From Clostridia bacterium (GTDB lineage: Bacteria; Bacillota; Clostridia; JAAYHZ01): a stretch of 64,000 nucleotides of DNA. The notes under the pieces are model-generated. The model had not been told where the DNA came from. It saw only the letters and a list, made by a program, of their open reading frames with translations, and did no database searches. Location of the stretch: assembly GCA_050950825.1 (NCBI GenBank), contig JBMNIH010000011.1, positions 32,001-96,000 on the forward strand, given 5' to 3'. Of this stretch, positions 9,056 through 19,844 are shown piece by piece. Every line of letters starts with the position of its first letter. Positions within the stretch are counted from its first letter, which is position 1. The position numbers were made by a program, and so were the translations under genes.

Positions 9056-11839
9056 CTATTTCACATTCTTGTATTGGTAGCTTACGTCGTTTCCGTTTAT
9101 CGTGACCAACATAAATTGCAGGGGTTCGGTTTCGGATATTTTCTTAAACTCCATATATCGAACACCCTTTTCCAAACGGACGGAATCGGTGCTTCCTTCA
9201 CTGAAAACCCACACTTGATCGAATTTTTTCCTTCGATATTCCTCCAATTTTTCAACAAACAGCTTCGCTTCCCGCCTGTCGCTAAAGGCGCCCGGTCCGT
9301 TTGTCATGAATATGAAAACATTTTTGGCATTCGCCTTGTCCAATTCATCCAAGAACCGCTTCCACTGTTCCGGTTTGGAGGTCAAGCTCTTGTTCTTCGT
9401 ATCCAACCGGATGATAAGATTGTCCTTTTGATAGGAGAAAGAATACCCTTCCTTCGTGTCCAAACTCGGAATATGAAGGGCCAAAGCCTCTTTCATGGCA
9501 CCTTCTCCCGGAAAAGCGGCGAAATCGTAAAGGTTATTCAAAGTGTCCGCTAAAGTCGCTATTTCCTTTCGCAGGCTCGGATTTTCCGCTTGTCCCATAA
9601 CGGCGAATCGGAAATCTCCCTCCGGTCGTAAAGATACCGTCGGTTTTAAAGCGCCGTCGGAGGGCTTCGGAACGTTCGGCAGGGTAACCGCATTTTGAGG
9701 GTACCGAATGATGCTTTCTTGAAGATCGTCAAGCAAAATGTATCCGAAATTGGATCCTTCTTTTGTTTTGGAAACGGAAAATCCCGTCAATCGCGCAGGC
9801 TTAGCGATTTTTTCAACGGATACCTTCAGCGTCCTCCAACCGGTCCAATCCATGGACTCCGCAAAAACAACCGTTTGTTTTTTCCCGTTGGCATCGACAA
9901 TCTCCCCTGTCAGCTTGTTGTAATTCTTCATGTTGGCATATACCCGGATGCTGAGCTCGGATACGTCCTTATCGATAAGAAGACCTTCTCCTTTGTAAGC
10001 GGCTACGGCCGGGTTCGATTGAAGCAGGTTGAAATTAAGCATTCCGGACATATATCCCGAGACCTTTTGCCCGTAGGAGGGAATCAACGCACCGGCGGAA
10101 TAAAGCTCGAGGTTTTCAAAGGAATCCAAGACCTTGCTTTCCCCTCGGGCGACCCTTAATACGGCATATGCCTTGGCCTTGCCGACGGATAGGGTCACCG
10201 TATCGGTTCCGCTTACATAGGGCGTCAAAAGCCCGTCTTTTGCCCCTCCTTCGTTTTTATCGAAGGACCATTGAATGTCTTTTGCCGAAATCATCGCTTC
10301 CATACCGTTTTTGTCCCTTCCGATCACGGAAGGAAGCTCCGTGGTTTCTCCCGCTACGGCATACAAATCGGAAGGAGGTAAAATACTCACCGGTTCATCC
10401 AATACCAAAATATCGAGTTCGGCGGTAAGAAGACCTACTTTTGCCGTGACGGTTCCTCTTCCCGTCGAGGAAGGATAAAAGGTATTGCCTTTGAAAACGC
10501 CTTCCACGCCCTTTACGCTCCATACGGGATTGTAGCCCGTAAGGTCCGCAAGGTTTCCGTTTGCATCCGTCGCCGTCACGGTAAAGATTCTTCCCGTGTT
10601 GACGAATACGGCATCGTCTTCCGTTCGTATGTACAGCTTACTCATGGCGGATGCGGGCGCGACGGATACGACTCCTATGGCCGCAGGCACCTTTCGCAAA
10701 TACCCGTCGGAAGGATTGTTCAAAACCTCCGTCTCCTTAGAGCCGGTTTTTCTTCCGACCATGGTAGTGGAGCCGCCTCCGTCAAAATTTAATGCATTGT
10801 AAGCACCCAATTCCTGCATAAGGCGAGCCAATTCCTCTTGGGTCATGCCTTTGCTTCCCTGCTGTCTTCCGTCTACCGCCACCATAATGACGGTACCGCC
10901 GTCTTTCGTTATTCCGATGGCGGTTCTCGGATGGGTTCCCGTTATGCTATGGGAAAATGAAGAAGGAATGACGCCGTCCTTGACAAGCACGCCGCCTCCC
11001 GTCAAAGCGTTTTGAATCTTGTTGACATCCAAATTCGCTCGAACTTCAAAACGGACGGTTTCTCCGATTTTGAAGTTGGAATTGAAAAGATGAACGCCGG
11101 CCTTTTTTGTAACGACTACAAAACCGTTTTCCGGAATTCTTACGGCAGGCTTGTAGTTTCGAATATCCGTTACGCGGCCGTTTTCAATAACCATTTCCAC
11201 GAAGTCGGAGTTGGCGGACCCCGGCGAATATTCGCCCCAATTTCGGTCCAAAACCGTAAGATCGTTGTAACCGTAATAGGGCATGTTGTACCTGCCTACG
11301 GGAACCTCTTTTCCTCTTTGGTTTACCAAGTAAAGATCGACCTTCCAGTAGTCGATCAAGGGATTATCGAATCGATCCACGGAAAAAGTGGCCATTTGGT
11401 TTTTATTTCGGTTAAAATCATACGATGCGGTTTTTACTTTTCCGGATTCCACCACAGGCCCTATAATCGCCGTTTCACCTGCAACATGGGTCGTATTGAA
11501 AAAGGATCCGTTAATGGCGGCAACGGCTCCCGCCTCTTCCGCAAATTCCTTCACGGTTTTCGGAATCACCAAAGAATCGGTATTAACAAAAGTCTCAAGC
11601 TTGACGTACGGATTTTTCACGTCCACATAAAGGACATGAATGTTTTGCCAGCCGGCGCTTGTAAAGCGGACGATGTTTTCATAATCGATCCCGGCGGCAA
11701 ACGTCTCTTTGGATACGGATTCGTAGTAGATAAGGTCGGATGCGAATGCATTCTTAAGTCCGAAAAGCGGACTTGCGGCCATGACAAAAGCCATAAATGC
11801 AATCCATATTTTTTTAAATAGTCTCTTTTTCGTAAACAT
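9056..11839 (-). CDS. Secreted phosphodiester glycosidase (NAGPA-family) multidomain protein
   Basis: AAINGSFF, HPRTAIG, VDGRQ, ALNFDGGGST; Ig-like middle region; degenerate metallophosphoesterase-like C-terminus. Confidence 0.85.
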   Translation of the reverse strand: MFTKKRLFKKIWIAFMAFVMAASPLFGLKNAFASDLIYYESVSKETFAAGIDYENIVRFTSAGWQNIHVLYVDVKNPYVKLETFVNTDSLVIPKTVKEFAEEAGAVAAINGSFFNTTHVAGETAIIGPVVESGKVKTASYDFNRNKNQMATFSVDRFDNPLIDYWKVDLYLVNQRGKEVPVGRYNMPYYGYNDLTVLDRNWGEYSPGSANSDFVEMVIENGRVTDIRNYKPAVRIPENGFVVVTKKAGVHLFNSNFKIGETVRFEVRANLDVNKIQNALTGGGVLVKDGVIPSSFSHSITGTHPRTAIGITKDGGTVIMVAVDGRQQGSKGMTQEELARLMQELGAYNALNFDGGGSTTMVGRKTGSKETEVLNNPSDGYLRKVPAAIGVVSVAPASAMSKLYIRTEDDAVFVNTGRIFTVTATDANGNLADLTGYNPVWSVKGVEGVFKGNTFYPSSTGRGTVTAKVGLLTAELDILVLDEPVSILPPSDLYAVAGETTELPSVIGRDKNGMEAMISAKDIQWSFDKNEGGAKDGLLTPYVSGTDTVTLSVGKAKAYAVLRVARGESKVLDSFENLELYSAGALIPSYGQKVSGYMSGMLNFNLLQSNPAVAAYKGEGLLIDKDVSELSIRVYANMKNYNKLTGEIVDANGKKQTVVFAESMDWTGWRTLKVSVEKIAKPARLTGFSVSKTKEGSNFGYILLDDLQESIIRYPQNAVTLPNVPKPSDGALKPTVSLRPEGDFRFAVMGQAENPSLRKEIATLADTLNNLYDFAAFPGEGAMKEALALHIPSLDTKEGYSFSYQKDNLIIRLDTKNKSLTSKPEQWKRFLDELDKANAKNVFIFMTNGPGAFSDRREAKLFVEKLEEYRRKKFDQVWVFSEGSTDSVRLEKGVRYMEFKKISETEPLQFMLVTINGNDVSYQYKNVK

Positions 11840-11883
11840 GGAACCCCCCTTGGTTGTAAATTCATCTTAGGCCTATTATATAT

Positions 11884-11911
11884 TAGACGTAAAATTTGTC
11901 CGGTAAGTTCC
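11884..11911 (-). promoter_or_regulatory. ECF-sigma-type promoter
   Basis: GGAACT-16 bp-CGTCTA on the minus strand upstream of the NAGPA gene. Confidence 0.6.
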
Positions 11912-11925
11912 GGCAGGTATAAAAA

Positions 11926-11960
11926 ATAAAAAAAAAGAAAGCACCCTTTGTGCCTTCTTT
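11926..11960 (-). terminator. Rho-independent terminator of the ferredoxin gene
   Basis: AAAGAAGGCAC/GTGCTTTCTTT stem followed by a long T run. Confidence 0.8.
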
Positions 11961-11977
11961 AACGCTCCGTATTAGGT

Positions 11978-12166
11978 TCATTCGTCAATGGAAATGGCTT
12001 CCGTAGGACACTGATCCCGAGCATCTTCCGCAGTCTCAATGTATTCGTCGATTTCGTCTTCGATAGCTACCGCATACCCTTCATCGCTCATGCTGAAAAC
12101 GTCCGGACAAATTTCCGTGCACAGTTCGCAACCGATGCAAAGATCCTTATCAACAAATGCTTTCAT
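11978..12166 (-). CDS. Single-cluster ferredoxin
   Basis: CIGCELCTEICP..CPTEAI, acidic, 62 aa. Confidence 0.92.
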   Translation of the reverse strand: MKAFVDKDLCIGCELCTEICPDVFSMSDEGYAVAIEDEIDEYIETAEDARDQCPTEAISIDE

Positions 12167-12390
12167 AAATTCTTTTCTCCTTTACATATATGTTTATTTA
12201 TGAGGGTGAGAAGCCTTCAAGGTTTCTCAGCCGCTTTTTGCGCAAAATGACGCTTAGAGATCCTTTCCTCTTTTCTCTCATTATATACATTTTTACACAA
12301 TTGATGTTGTCTTGTCTATTATAGGATACATAGGAGATGCATTCGGTAACCGGTGTTACCATAAGAGAAAAGAGAAAGCGACGGATAAAA

Positions 12391-12603
12391 TCACGGAGGA
12401 CCTATAAGCCTTTTCCATACGGGAATAAAGAACAGAAGAGATATCACCATGACCAAAAAATCGGCTACGGGAGTCGCCCATACGATTCCGTATACACCGA
12501 ACAAGGCATAAAACAAAATCATAAAAGGGATATCCAACCCCCTTTTTCTTAACAGGGATAAAAGCAAAGGACGGCCCAAGAGCGGTTCCTCTCTCCTCTT
12601 CAA
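12391..12603 (-). pseudogene. C-terminal fragment of a MATE efflux transporter
   Basis: LLLSLLR.GLDIPFMIL..FGVYGIVWATPVAD corresponds only to the last MATE TM segments. Confidence 0.65.
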
Positions 12604-12654
12604 ATCTTAATTTTTACAGAAATTTTATAACAAAGCAAGATAAAGTGTTACATT

Positions 12655-12688
12655 AAGGCAAAGGACGGATAATACCGTCCCCTGCCTT
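12655..12688 (-). terminator. Stem-loop downstream of the SLH gene (GGGGACGG-type)
   Basis: AAGGCA..GGACGG/CCGTCC..TGCCTT inverted repeat. Confidence 0.55.
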
Positions 12689-12717
12689 GATATACTATGA
12701 ACTTGGCGTTGTTTTCT

Positions 12718-15700
12718 TTATTTCGCCAACAGATTGTATATGACTTGAGCCGCCTCCGCTCTCGTGGAGGTACCCTTCGGGTTGATCTTTCCTTCGTGCC
12801 CTCGGATGATTCCCGCTTTTACAAATGAGGTTACCGCTTCTTTCGCCCAAGAAGCCACATCCGATGCGTCGGAGAAGGCGTATAGGGATTTTCCGGTATT
12901 CTCTTGCGGAAGTTGTCCCAAAATCTTTAGGGCATTGTACATCATTACGAACATTTCCTGACGGGTGATTTCCTTGTCCGGCGCAAACAGGTTGTTCCCG
13001 ATACCGTCTACAATCTTCAATCGTTTTGCCATCGCCAGATAGGAGGTGTAATAAGTGTCCCCGGCATCGGCGAAGTTGTCTTTCGGATTTTCATCGGGCT
13101 CAATGCCGTATGCACGCATCAGGATGACAAGGAACTGTCCGCGAGTCAGTTTCCCATTCGGATTGAACTTGCCGTCACCCGTACCGAGGGTGATGCCCCT
13201 TGCCGCCATGAAGCTTACCGCATCATGATACCAAGCGTTTTCCGCTACGTCGCTGAACTTCACTCGGTTGTACGCCACCGCATAATGGCTGAAGTGATCG
13301 ACGGTGAAGGTAACCGTACCTGTTACCGAATCGTACCGTCCGTTAGTCACCGTTACCACGTTGCCGGCTCCGTCGATATACCATACCACGATACTGTCGG
13401 GGTTGGCCAGCTCTTCGGGAGTCGGGGTATACGGGATGGACACCGTTACGGGCGCATTCGGATTGTTCCATTCCGTTTGCTTTCCGTCCACCGAAAGCGA
13501 AAGATTTATCAACGGCCTGTCGCCTATTCTTTCTCTTACGTCTTCCGGCAACGTGGACTTATCCCCTTGCCCGATGGTAATACGAGCCTTGCTTCCGTCC
13601 GTGTTCGGAATACCGGTCAACATATTGGAGGGGATGACAATGCTTCCTACGTTCGTAGTGACCGTGATCGTCCTTTCGGTTGTATCCTTTTTCAGATCCG
13701 CCACAGGTATGTCTAACGAATAGGTGTAAACATTCGGAATCGAGGGCATGGTAAGCAAGAGGTCTTCTTCACCGGTTTCTTGAGCGCCCAAGTCCGTAAC
13801 CGCCGTTCCGGTGCTCATGTTAACGGTAAGAGGAAGGGATCTTTCCAAACCGCTTTCGAATTTCAAACCCGCTCTGTATAGAGGTGTTACCGGAGGACTT
13901 ACCGGAACGCTCGGAGTATCTCCGCTTGACTTCCAGTTAGCCGTTACGGTCACGGCTTTTCCGGGCATGACAAAGGTTGTCGTGGCACTGCTTGCATCCG
14001 CAAATGTTACGCCGTCTTCGGAGGTCCAACCGTCAAAGCTGTAGTTTTGGCGACTTCCCGCGTGAATCGTTACGGTCTCGCCTTCCTCGTAGCTTCCTGC
14101 ACCGGTTGTGTCCGCATAGCTTCCGTTAACCGTTACGGTATAGGTGGCTGCGGGGATATCTTCGTAAACGGCGGTTATTTCTACAGGATTTGCAGGCATC
14201 AAAAAGCTTGTCACGGGCTCATTAGGATTTTCCAACGTGATGCCACCGCTTACTACCTGCCATTCCTTGAATCGTTGCCCGGCCGGCGGAGTATCCGCCG
14301 TTATAACAACGGTTGCATCTTGTTCATATTGGCCGCTTCCCGTTCCGTTGTTGACGGTGACAGTGTAGGTAGGAACCGGTTCGGCGACGGGAGTAGCCGT
14401 CACGGTTGCCGCATCGCTGTTTCCTACGGCGTTGAACGCCCGCACCTTGAAGGTGTATTCCGTATCGTTAGTCAAGCCGGTGAAGACATAAGTCGTATTC
14501 AACCCAACATCCGTCCAACTTGCGCCGGCGTCGGAGGAAACTTCGTATCTTGTAATTGCACTTCCGCCGTCATCCGAAGGTGCAGACCAACTTAATTCTA
14601 CCTGACTGTCACCGGGGGTCGCAGTAAAGCCTTGCGGCACCGATGGCACGGTAATCGGTGTCTCTTCCGAACCTCGGTCGTAAACAAATACATCGTAAGA
14701 ATCGTTATTATCATAGGGAACCAAGTTGGATGCATACGATTCGAAAGCTACATAACGACCGTTTCCGCTAATGTCCACATAGCCGGAAAGATAGTTGTAA
14801 CCGACATCAGCCTCCGTACCGTCGGCGGCAACACTGACTCTTTCCGTTGTGTTGTTTACAAGATCGCGGACAAAAACATCATAAGCATTGTTGTTATCAT
14901 TAGGAACTAAGTTTGATGCAAGGGACGAGAAAACGACAAATCGCCCGTCGGCACTGATAGCCGCTGCATCGCTATTGTTGTTTCCTGCATTACCTTCGGA
15001 ATCTACGCTCACAAGAACCATTTTTCTTTCAACACGGTCATAAACATAGATATCGTCAAAGGTGTTGGTGTCTTCATCGACCAAAGGAATCTCATTGGTT
15101 GAGAAGATTACAAAGCGGCCGTCTCCACTGATATCGGGGTAAGCACCTGTTACAGGCACTTCCTGTTCGTTTTCATATCTCTTGGAAATAAGCTCGAAGG
15201 TATCGGTTTCGGGAAGATATACATATGTAAAGTTATCATTAACATATTCGTCGAAGAATACCCAAGCTTCGAAAGCAATCACACTACCGTCAAAACTAAT
15301 GGAAGGATTAAATGCCCCTTCTACGACTCCTCCCGGGAACAGTAGGATAATCGATTCGAGTTGTTGTTTGGCTCTCCCGATCTCGGATATAGATGTATTG
15401 TTTTCCGTCGTATATGTCGTTTGTTAAATTACCCGATTCGCTGCTAAAAGCAATATACCGGCCGTCTTCGCTTACGGCGGGCCTAGAATAGTCCGTAAAA
15501 CCTGCCGCCGTTCGTCCGTCCCGATGCTTACCAATTAAGGTGGTAATATATGGCACGTAATTGTACGGAAAAAATATAATCGGTAGAAGGAGCAAGTTCT
15601 GTAATCGGAAAGCGGTTAACGTTTGCGTCTCCGTATATATAATCGATGGGAATCACCGCTACAACTTGCCCTTGGTTAAAGATTCGATATTCCTGAATTT

Positions 15701-16079
15701 CACAATTTTCGTCAATAATCGTTGCCTTTGACCATTCCAAAACGGCACCGGTTCGGCCGACAGCCAAAACATCAATATAAGAATCCGCCGGCCAAACGGG
15801 AGTATCCGGCGATTCGGTCATAGTAAACTCCTCTAAGGAAATGGGCGTATTCCACGGCCAATTGCCGCTGTCAGTCGGGCTTGTATAAGAAATCCATGCC
15901 GGTACACCGCGAGGCACCGGAGTGTCGTTCTCGTTTAAAACATGAACAGGTTCGTTTTTTTCGTTCGTAACTTTTCCACAAATTACCAAATACTCAAGAC
16001 CGGCTGACGACACGGTTACAGGGTTGCAAAGCATGACAACCATCAGAACACATAGTACCAAAGACAAAATCTTTTTCAT
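12718..16079 (-). pseudogene. SLH-anchored surface protein (FN3, TolB-like propeller, FN3, B-repeats, 3xSLH), split by two frame breaks
   Basis: Signal peptide and FN3 in 15528-16079; propeller blade in 15308-15595; remainder with SLH repeats in 12718-15282; frames join near 15560 and 15330. Confidence 0.82.
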
Positions 16080-16292
16080 TTCAATCTCCTTCCATTAAAG
16101 AATTTCGATACCTTTCAATCTTCGGGGAACCTCAAAAGATTTTTCAACGAAGCCATACCCTTTGTTACAAGGGCATGTAGCCTTTTTATACTATTGAAGT
16201 TATGAGCAATTTCCCCTTAAAAAACTACCGATGCTATCCTAAGTTGTCCTTCGATTATATCTATATTTTATAAGTTTGCCGTATATATAGAT

Positions 16293-16465
16293 AGTTCATT
16301 TAGGATTAAAATTAGTAAGGAAAATGTTATTTACAATGTAATTGTTACGGACAAGCTGCCATGTCCTATATGGAGATGAGGTTTTGTATAGGGCATATTC
16401 ACGACGCGTCCCCTCGTGTGTCCCCTATGAGTTCATATAGGCTTAAATTTAGTAAGGAAAATGTT
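16293..16465. repeat. 36-bp direct repeat (33/36 identical)
   Basis: AGTTCATWTAGGMTTAAAWTTAGTAAGGAAAATGTT at 16293 and 16430. Confidence 0.85.
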
Positions 16466-16577
16466 GTTCTAAAATATGGCAGAAAAAAATAAAGACTTCT
16501 TTTTAATACTGTGAAGAAGTCAACGCCGGATCAATTACGATTCTAAAGAAATAGGGAACTGTTTTATGATTCCGTAA

Positions 16578-17354
16578 TCACGAAAAAGACATTTTACGGA
16601 ATTCGGAGGGGGATACGCCGACCCTGTCTTTGAATAATTTAGCGGAATGTCCGTTGTATTTCATGTTGCAGGCGGTAAAGGCTTGGGTCACGGTAAGGTT
16701 GGCGTCCAGCAGCTTTTCTTTAATCTTATTGATTTTATAACATATATAATACTCGTAGGGTGTAACGTCGGTATGCCTTTTAAAAAGCTTGGAGAAATGG
16801 GCAATGCTGAGTCCCGTCATACTTGCCATTTCTCGTAAATCAAACTTTTCCATCCATCGGTTTTCGATGTATTCTTTCGCTTTCTCAATCTCTTCCTTGC
16901 CTTGATAAACTCTTTTATTGATTAACAATGCCACGACGCAGATCACATTATTCTCATCATCAAAAACGGGAAACAAGGAGATGTCTTGGTACAGAGCCTT
17001 CACATCCATATCGTGTATTTGGTAACGATCCGTGATGCCTTCTAAGGGCACTCGAACATCCGAGAAAAATACGGTCTCCCCCCGGAAAGCTCGTTTCACC
17101 AAATGGACAAAGCCTGACGAAAGAATATCCGGGTCCTTGAAAATATTGTACTTACCAATAATTAAACTTGGATCAATTACCTTAAAATGGGACAACATGG
17201 CCTTGTTAACCAGTATGGATGTACCGTTAGGATCATAAATCTGAATTGAAAAAGGGAAGCTTTCGATTAATTGGGCTAAAAGCTCCTTATTCTCGTAAAG
17301 GGTTTGAATCGTTGCCTTAAAATCGTCTCTCTCAAATTCCGCGTTACGTGCCAT
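16578..17354 (-). CDS. PAS-AraC transcriptional regulator
   Basis: N-terminal PAS-like region (IQIYDPNGTSILVN); AraC HTHs HFSKLFKRHTDVTPYEY and GVSPSEFRK. Confidence 0.87.
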   Translation of the reverse strand: MARNAEFERDDFKATIQTLYENKELLAQLIESFPFSIQIYDPNGTSILVNKAMLSHFKVIDPSLIIGKYNIFKDPDILSSGFVHLVKRAFRGETVFFSDVRVPLEGITDRYQIHDMDVKALYQDISLFPVFDDENNVICVVALLINKRVYQGKEEIEKAKEYIENRWMEKFDLREMASMTGLSIAHFSKLFKRHTDVTPYEYYICYKINKIKEKLLDANLTVTQAFTACNMKYNGHSAKLFKDRVGVSPSEFRKMSFS

Positions 17355-17381
17355 ATATTACCACCTTTTTTTATCCTAATC

Positions 17382-18104
17382 TCACTTGGGTCTGACGTCC
17401 TCAACCTCTCGCTCCAAAAGCTCCAATTCACTTTTCTCGTTTACATGATAATAGTCGGTGTAATATAATCCGTTCTCCACCTTATACCAAGCAACCAATC
17501 GTTTGTTTTCCGTGTCGATTTCCACAAGCTGTAAGCAAAAAGCGTACTCAAACCGCTTTTTTTGATTGTTCCAAATCCAATAATAATACGGAAGACTGTT
17601 GTTCGGAACCCATCCGCATATCTCCAGATCCAAATATCCGTCAAAATTGACGTCCTTTAGATACGCCGATTCTTCGGCCGTAAAACACGCCGTATAGCCG
17701 TCGTCAATGCCGTCCACACCGTCAATATCGATAGCTTCCTTTACTTGTACGGATTGAAGGAGGGTCTTTTTGTCATAAACACGGATTTCTCGTACGCCGA
17801 AAAGCTCCGCATTCTCACTTTTCTTCCCTAGGACAAACAAAGTCAACAATTTTCCTTCATCGAACGGCATCTTCAGTATTTTCAGCACTTGATCCGATTC
17901 GAGGGGCAAATCATTAGGGATATCCGAATCGGAAAAAGATTCCGTTTCTTCTTTTGTTTCTTCTTCCGTTTCTTCGGTTGTTTCCCTTGTAGGTTCTTTC
18001 GTTGTCTCCAATTCCGATAGGGAATCTTCTTTTGCACAAGCGGTCCATAGGACCATATTAATAATCAAAGATAATCCTAGCAAAAATACAATAAAGCGCT
18101 TCAT
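17382..18104 (-). CDS. Hypothetical lipoprotein with Glu/Thr linker and DxNFDG repeat-type domain
   Basis: Hydrophobic N-terminus ending WTAC; acidic linker; DVNFDGYLDL; GAGGAG RBS before ATG 18104. Confidence 0.7.
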   Translation of the reverse strand: MKRFIVFLLGLSLIINMVLWTACAKEDSLSELETTKEPTRETTEETEEETKEETESFSDSDIPNDLPLESDQVLKILKMPFDEGKLLTLFVLGKKSENAELFGVREIRVYDKKTLLQSVQVKEAIDIDGVDGIDDGYTACFTAEESAYLKDVNFDGYLDLEICGWVPNNSLPYYYWIWNNQKKRFEYAFCLQLVEIDTENKRLVAWYKVENGLYYTDYYHVNEKSELELLEREVEDVRPK

Positions 18105-18488
18105 ATGCACTCCTCGGACATACACAAGATTGTAATCCGCTCCCTTTTTATCTGTTCCTCATAACCTTTTAAAATAACCAAACATATATTGCCATTTACA
18201 GATACAGAATAGCACAACCGAAAAATTTAATCAACGAATGCATACCCTCGGAAGGGTCTCCCGTAATACCTTGCTCAACATCGTACAACCCATCGATTCG
18301 GTTCTGCATTCGGCTTTTTATGTATATTTTATTGTCTTTCTGCGAATATATTCTTTCGGGAAATCCGAAAAAAAGGCACATCGTTTGATCGTATAGCTTT
18401 GTCCTCTGCAATGCTAAAGACTTTTTAGGAATGGAGATTCTTCATTATATGATTTTGCTCATTTATATGGGTTTAGACCTTTACGGAA

Positions 18489-19643
18489 TCATCGCAGCTG
18501 TAAAAAATCGTCGCATTTTATTCTGTTTGCCTGCTTGTCTTCGTACATCAGCATGTCCAACTTCTTCATGAATTCCTCCGGGCTTTGCCATGAGAGGTTG
18601 TCGTAAACCGCATAACCCATACTGAAGCTTAGTTTGTACGTATGGGATGCGGTTTTGTTATACTTCTCCAAGCCTTCGTTGATTCTTTCGATCACCGATT
18701 CCAAGTCCTCTCGGTTGGATATATCCAAAATAATGAAGAATTCATCTCCTCCGTACCGAGCGATGAAGTCGCTGTTCCGAAGGCAGCTTTTTAGCAATTT
18801 TGCCGTCGCCTCCAGAGCTTGGTCTCCTACCGCATGTCCGTAGGTGTCGTTAATACACTTAAAATTATTGATATCGATCAATATGGCGGAAAAAGTCTTC
18901 TCTTTTGTGCATGTATTGATTTTTTCACTTAAGTAGGAATCGAGTCTTTTTCGATTGCTTACTCCCGTTAAGTAATCCGTATGCAGGCTGTGGTGTTGAA
19001 TGTTTAAAAATACCACCAGCAAAGAAAGTACGACGGCGTTAAGCACCATGGAGGTTCCGTAGTATACATATTGAATAAGAATGCCGACGGAAGGGGGGAG
19101 ACCGAAAAACATCAACGAGTTAAAGCTCTTTTTATCCAGCTTCTTTCGGTTTCTTATAATGATATAGAAAGAGATAAGCATTAACAAGGCGGTGAGCAAA
19201 GCCGCCAACCCAAAAAGCGGTCCTCGCCGATAGATGTTATCCTGATCGATGTCGTAAAACAATCCGTAAGGACGGGATACGCCGATCACAACAATATTGA
19301 TGATATTCACAGCAAGGAGAATACAAGACAGTCGTTTGATTTTTCTTTCATCACGAAATATTTGAAAGTGAACATAAATGACCCATAAAGACGGTAAGAG
19401 AGGATTCAGCATAAAGCTTAACAAATTACCGACTTCATTGAATACGGGGTAAACGGGAGAAGCAACCCCGTCGAATCGAGCCAAGGAATCGACGACCAGC
19501 ATAAACATGGTAACATACAGGACGGCTATATACAATTTATCTGATAAAGAATTCTTTTCTAAAAATTGCACAGCATGAATACAGATGACGATAAGAAAGG
19601 CAATAGAAAATGAATTCAATATTAATATACTTTCCAAATTCAT
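18489..19643 (-). CDS. Membrane diguanylate cyclase
   Basis: About 7 TM helices; DYLTG..NR, NDTYGH, RNSD (I-site) FIARYGGDEF. Confidence 0.92.
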   Translation of the reverse strand: MNLESILILNSFSIAFLIVICIHAVQFLEKNSLSDKLYIAVLYVTMFMLVVDSLARFDGVASPVYPVFNEVGNLLSFMLNPLLPSLWVIYVHFQIFRDERKIKRLSCILLAVNIINIVVIGVSRPYGLFYDIDQDNIYRRGPLFGLAALLTALLMLISFYIIIRNRKKLDKKSFNSLMFFGLPPSVGILIQYVYYGTSMVLNAVVLSLLVVFLNIQHHSLHTDYLTGVSNRKRLDSYLSEKINTCTKEKTFSAILIDINNFKCINDTYGHAVGDQALEATAKLLKSCLRNSDFIARYGGDEFFIILDISNREDLESVIERINEGLEKYNKTASHTYKLSFSMGYAVYDNLSWQSPEEFMKKLDMLMYEDKQANRIKCDDFLQLR

Positions 19644-19844
19644 GAAAGTTCACTCCGCATTAAAAGACACGAATGTCTGCCGCTTCTATTTATTTTACTC
19701 AATTCACCTTATTAAAATCGTCATCTCTTAAAATGCATACAAGTTTATTGAGTATATATATTACAATAATAAGTCTTGGAGCTTGAATATGTCAACTTCT
19801 TTAATCGTACCGTCCCTTTCGCTGCAGGTTGTATCCTTCATGCA

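Noticed and set aside
12200-12260. TPP riboswitch suggested by GCTGAGA
   Set aside because: The downstream ACCUGA..AAU..CGUAGG core is missing
16200-16290. c-di-GMP-I riboswitch suggested by GGCAAAC before the surface-protein gene
   Set aside because: No GAAA-capped P2 stem or GACGCAAA junction follows
18196-18411. 71-aa ORF between the lipoprotein and GGDEF genes
   Set aside because: No clear RBS or recognisable domain; possibly a remnant, but it cannot be supported
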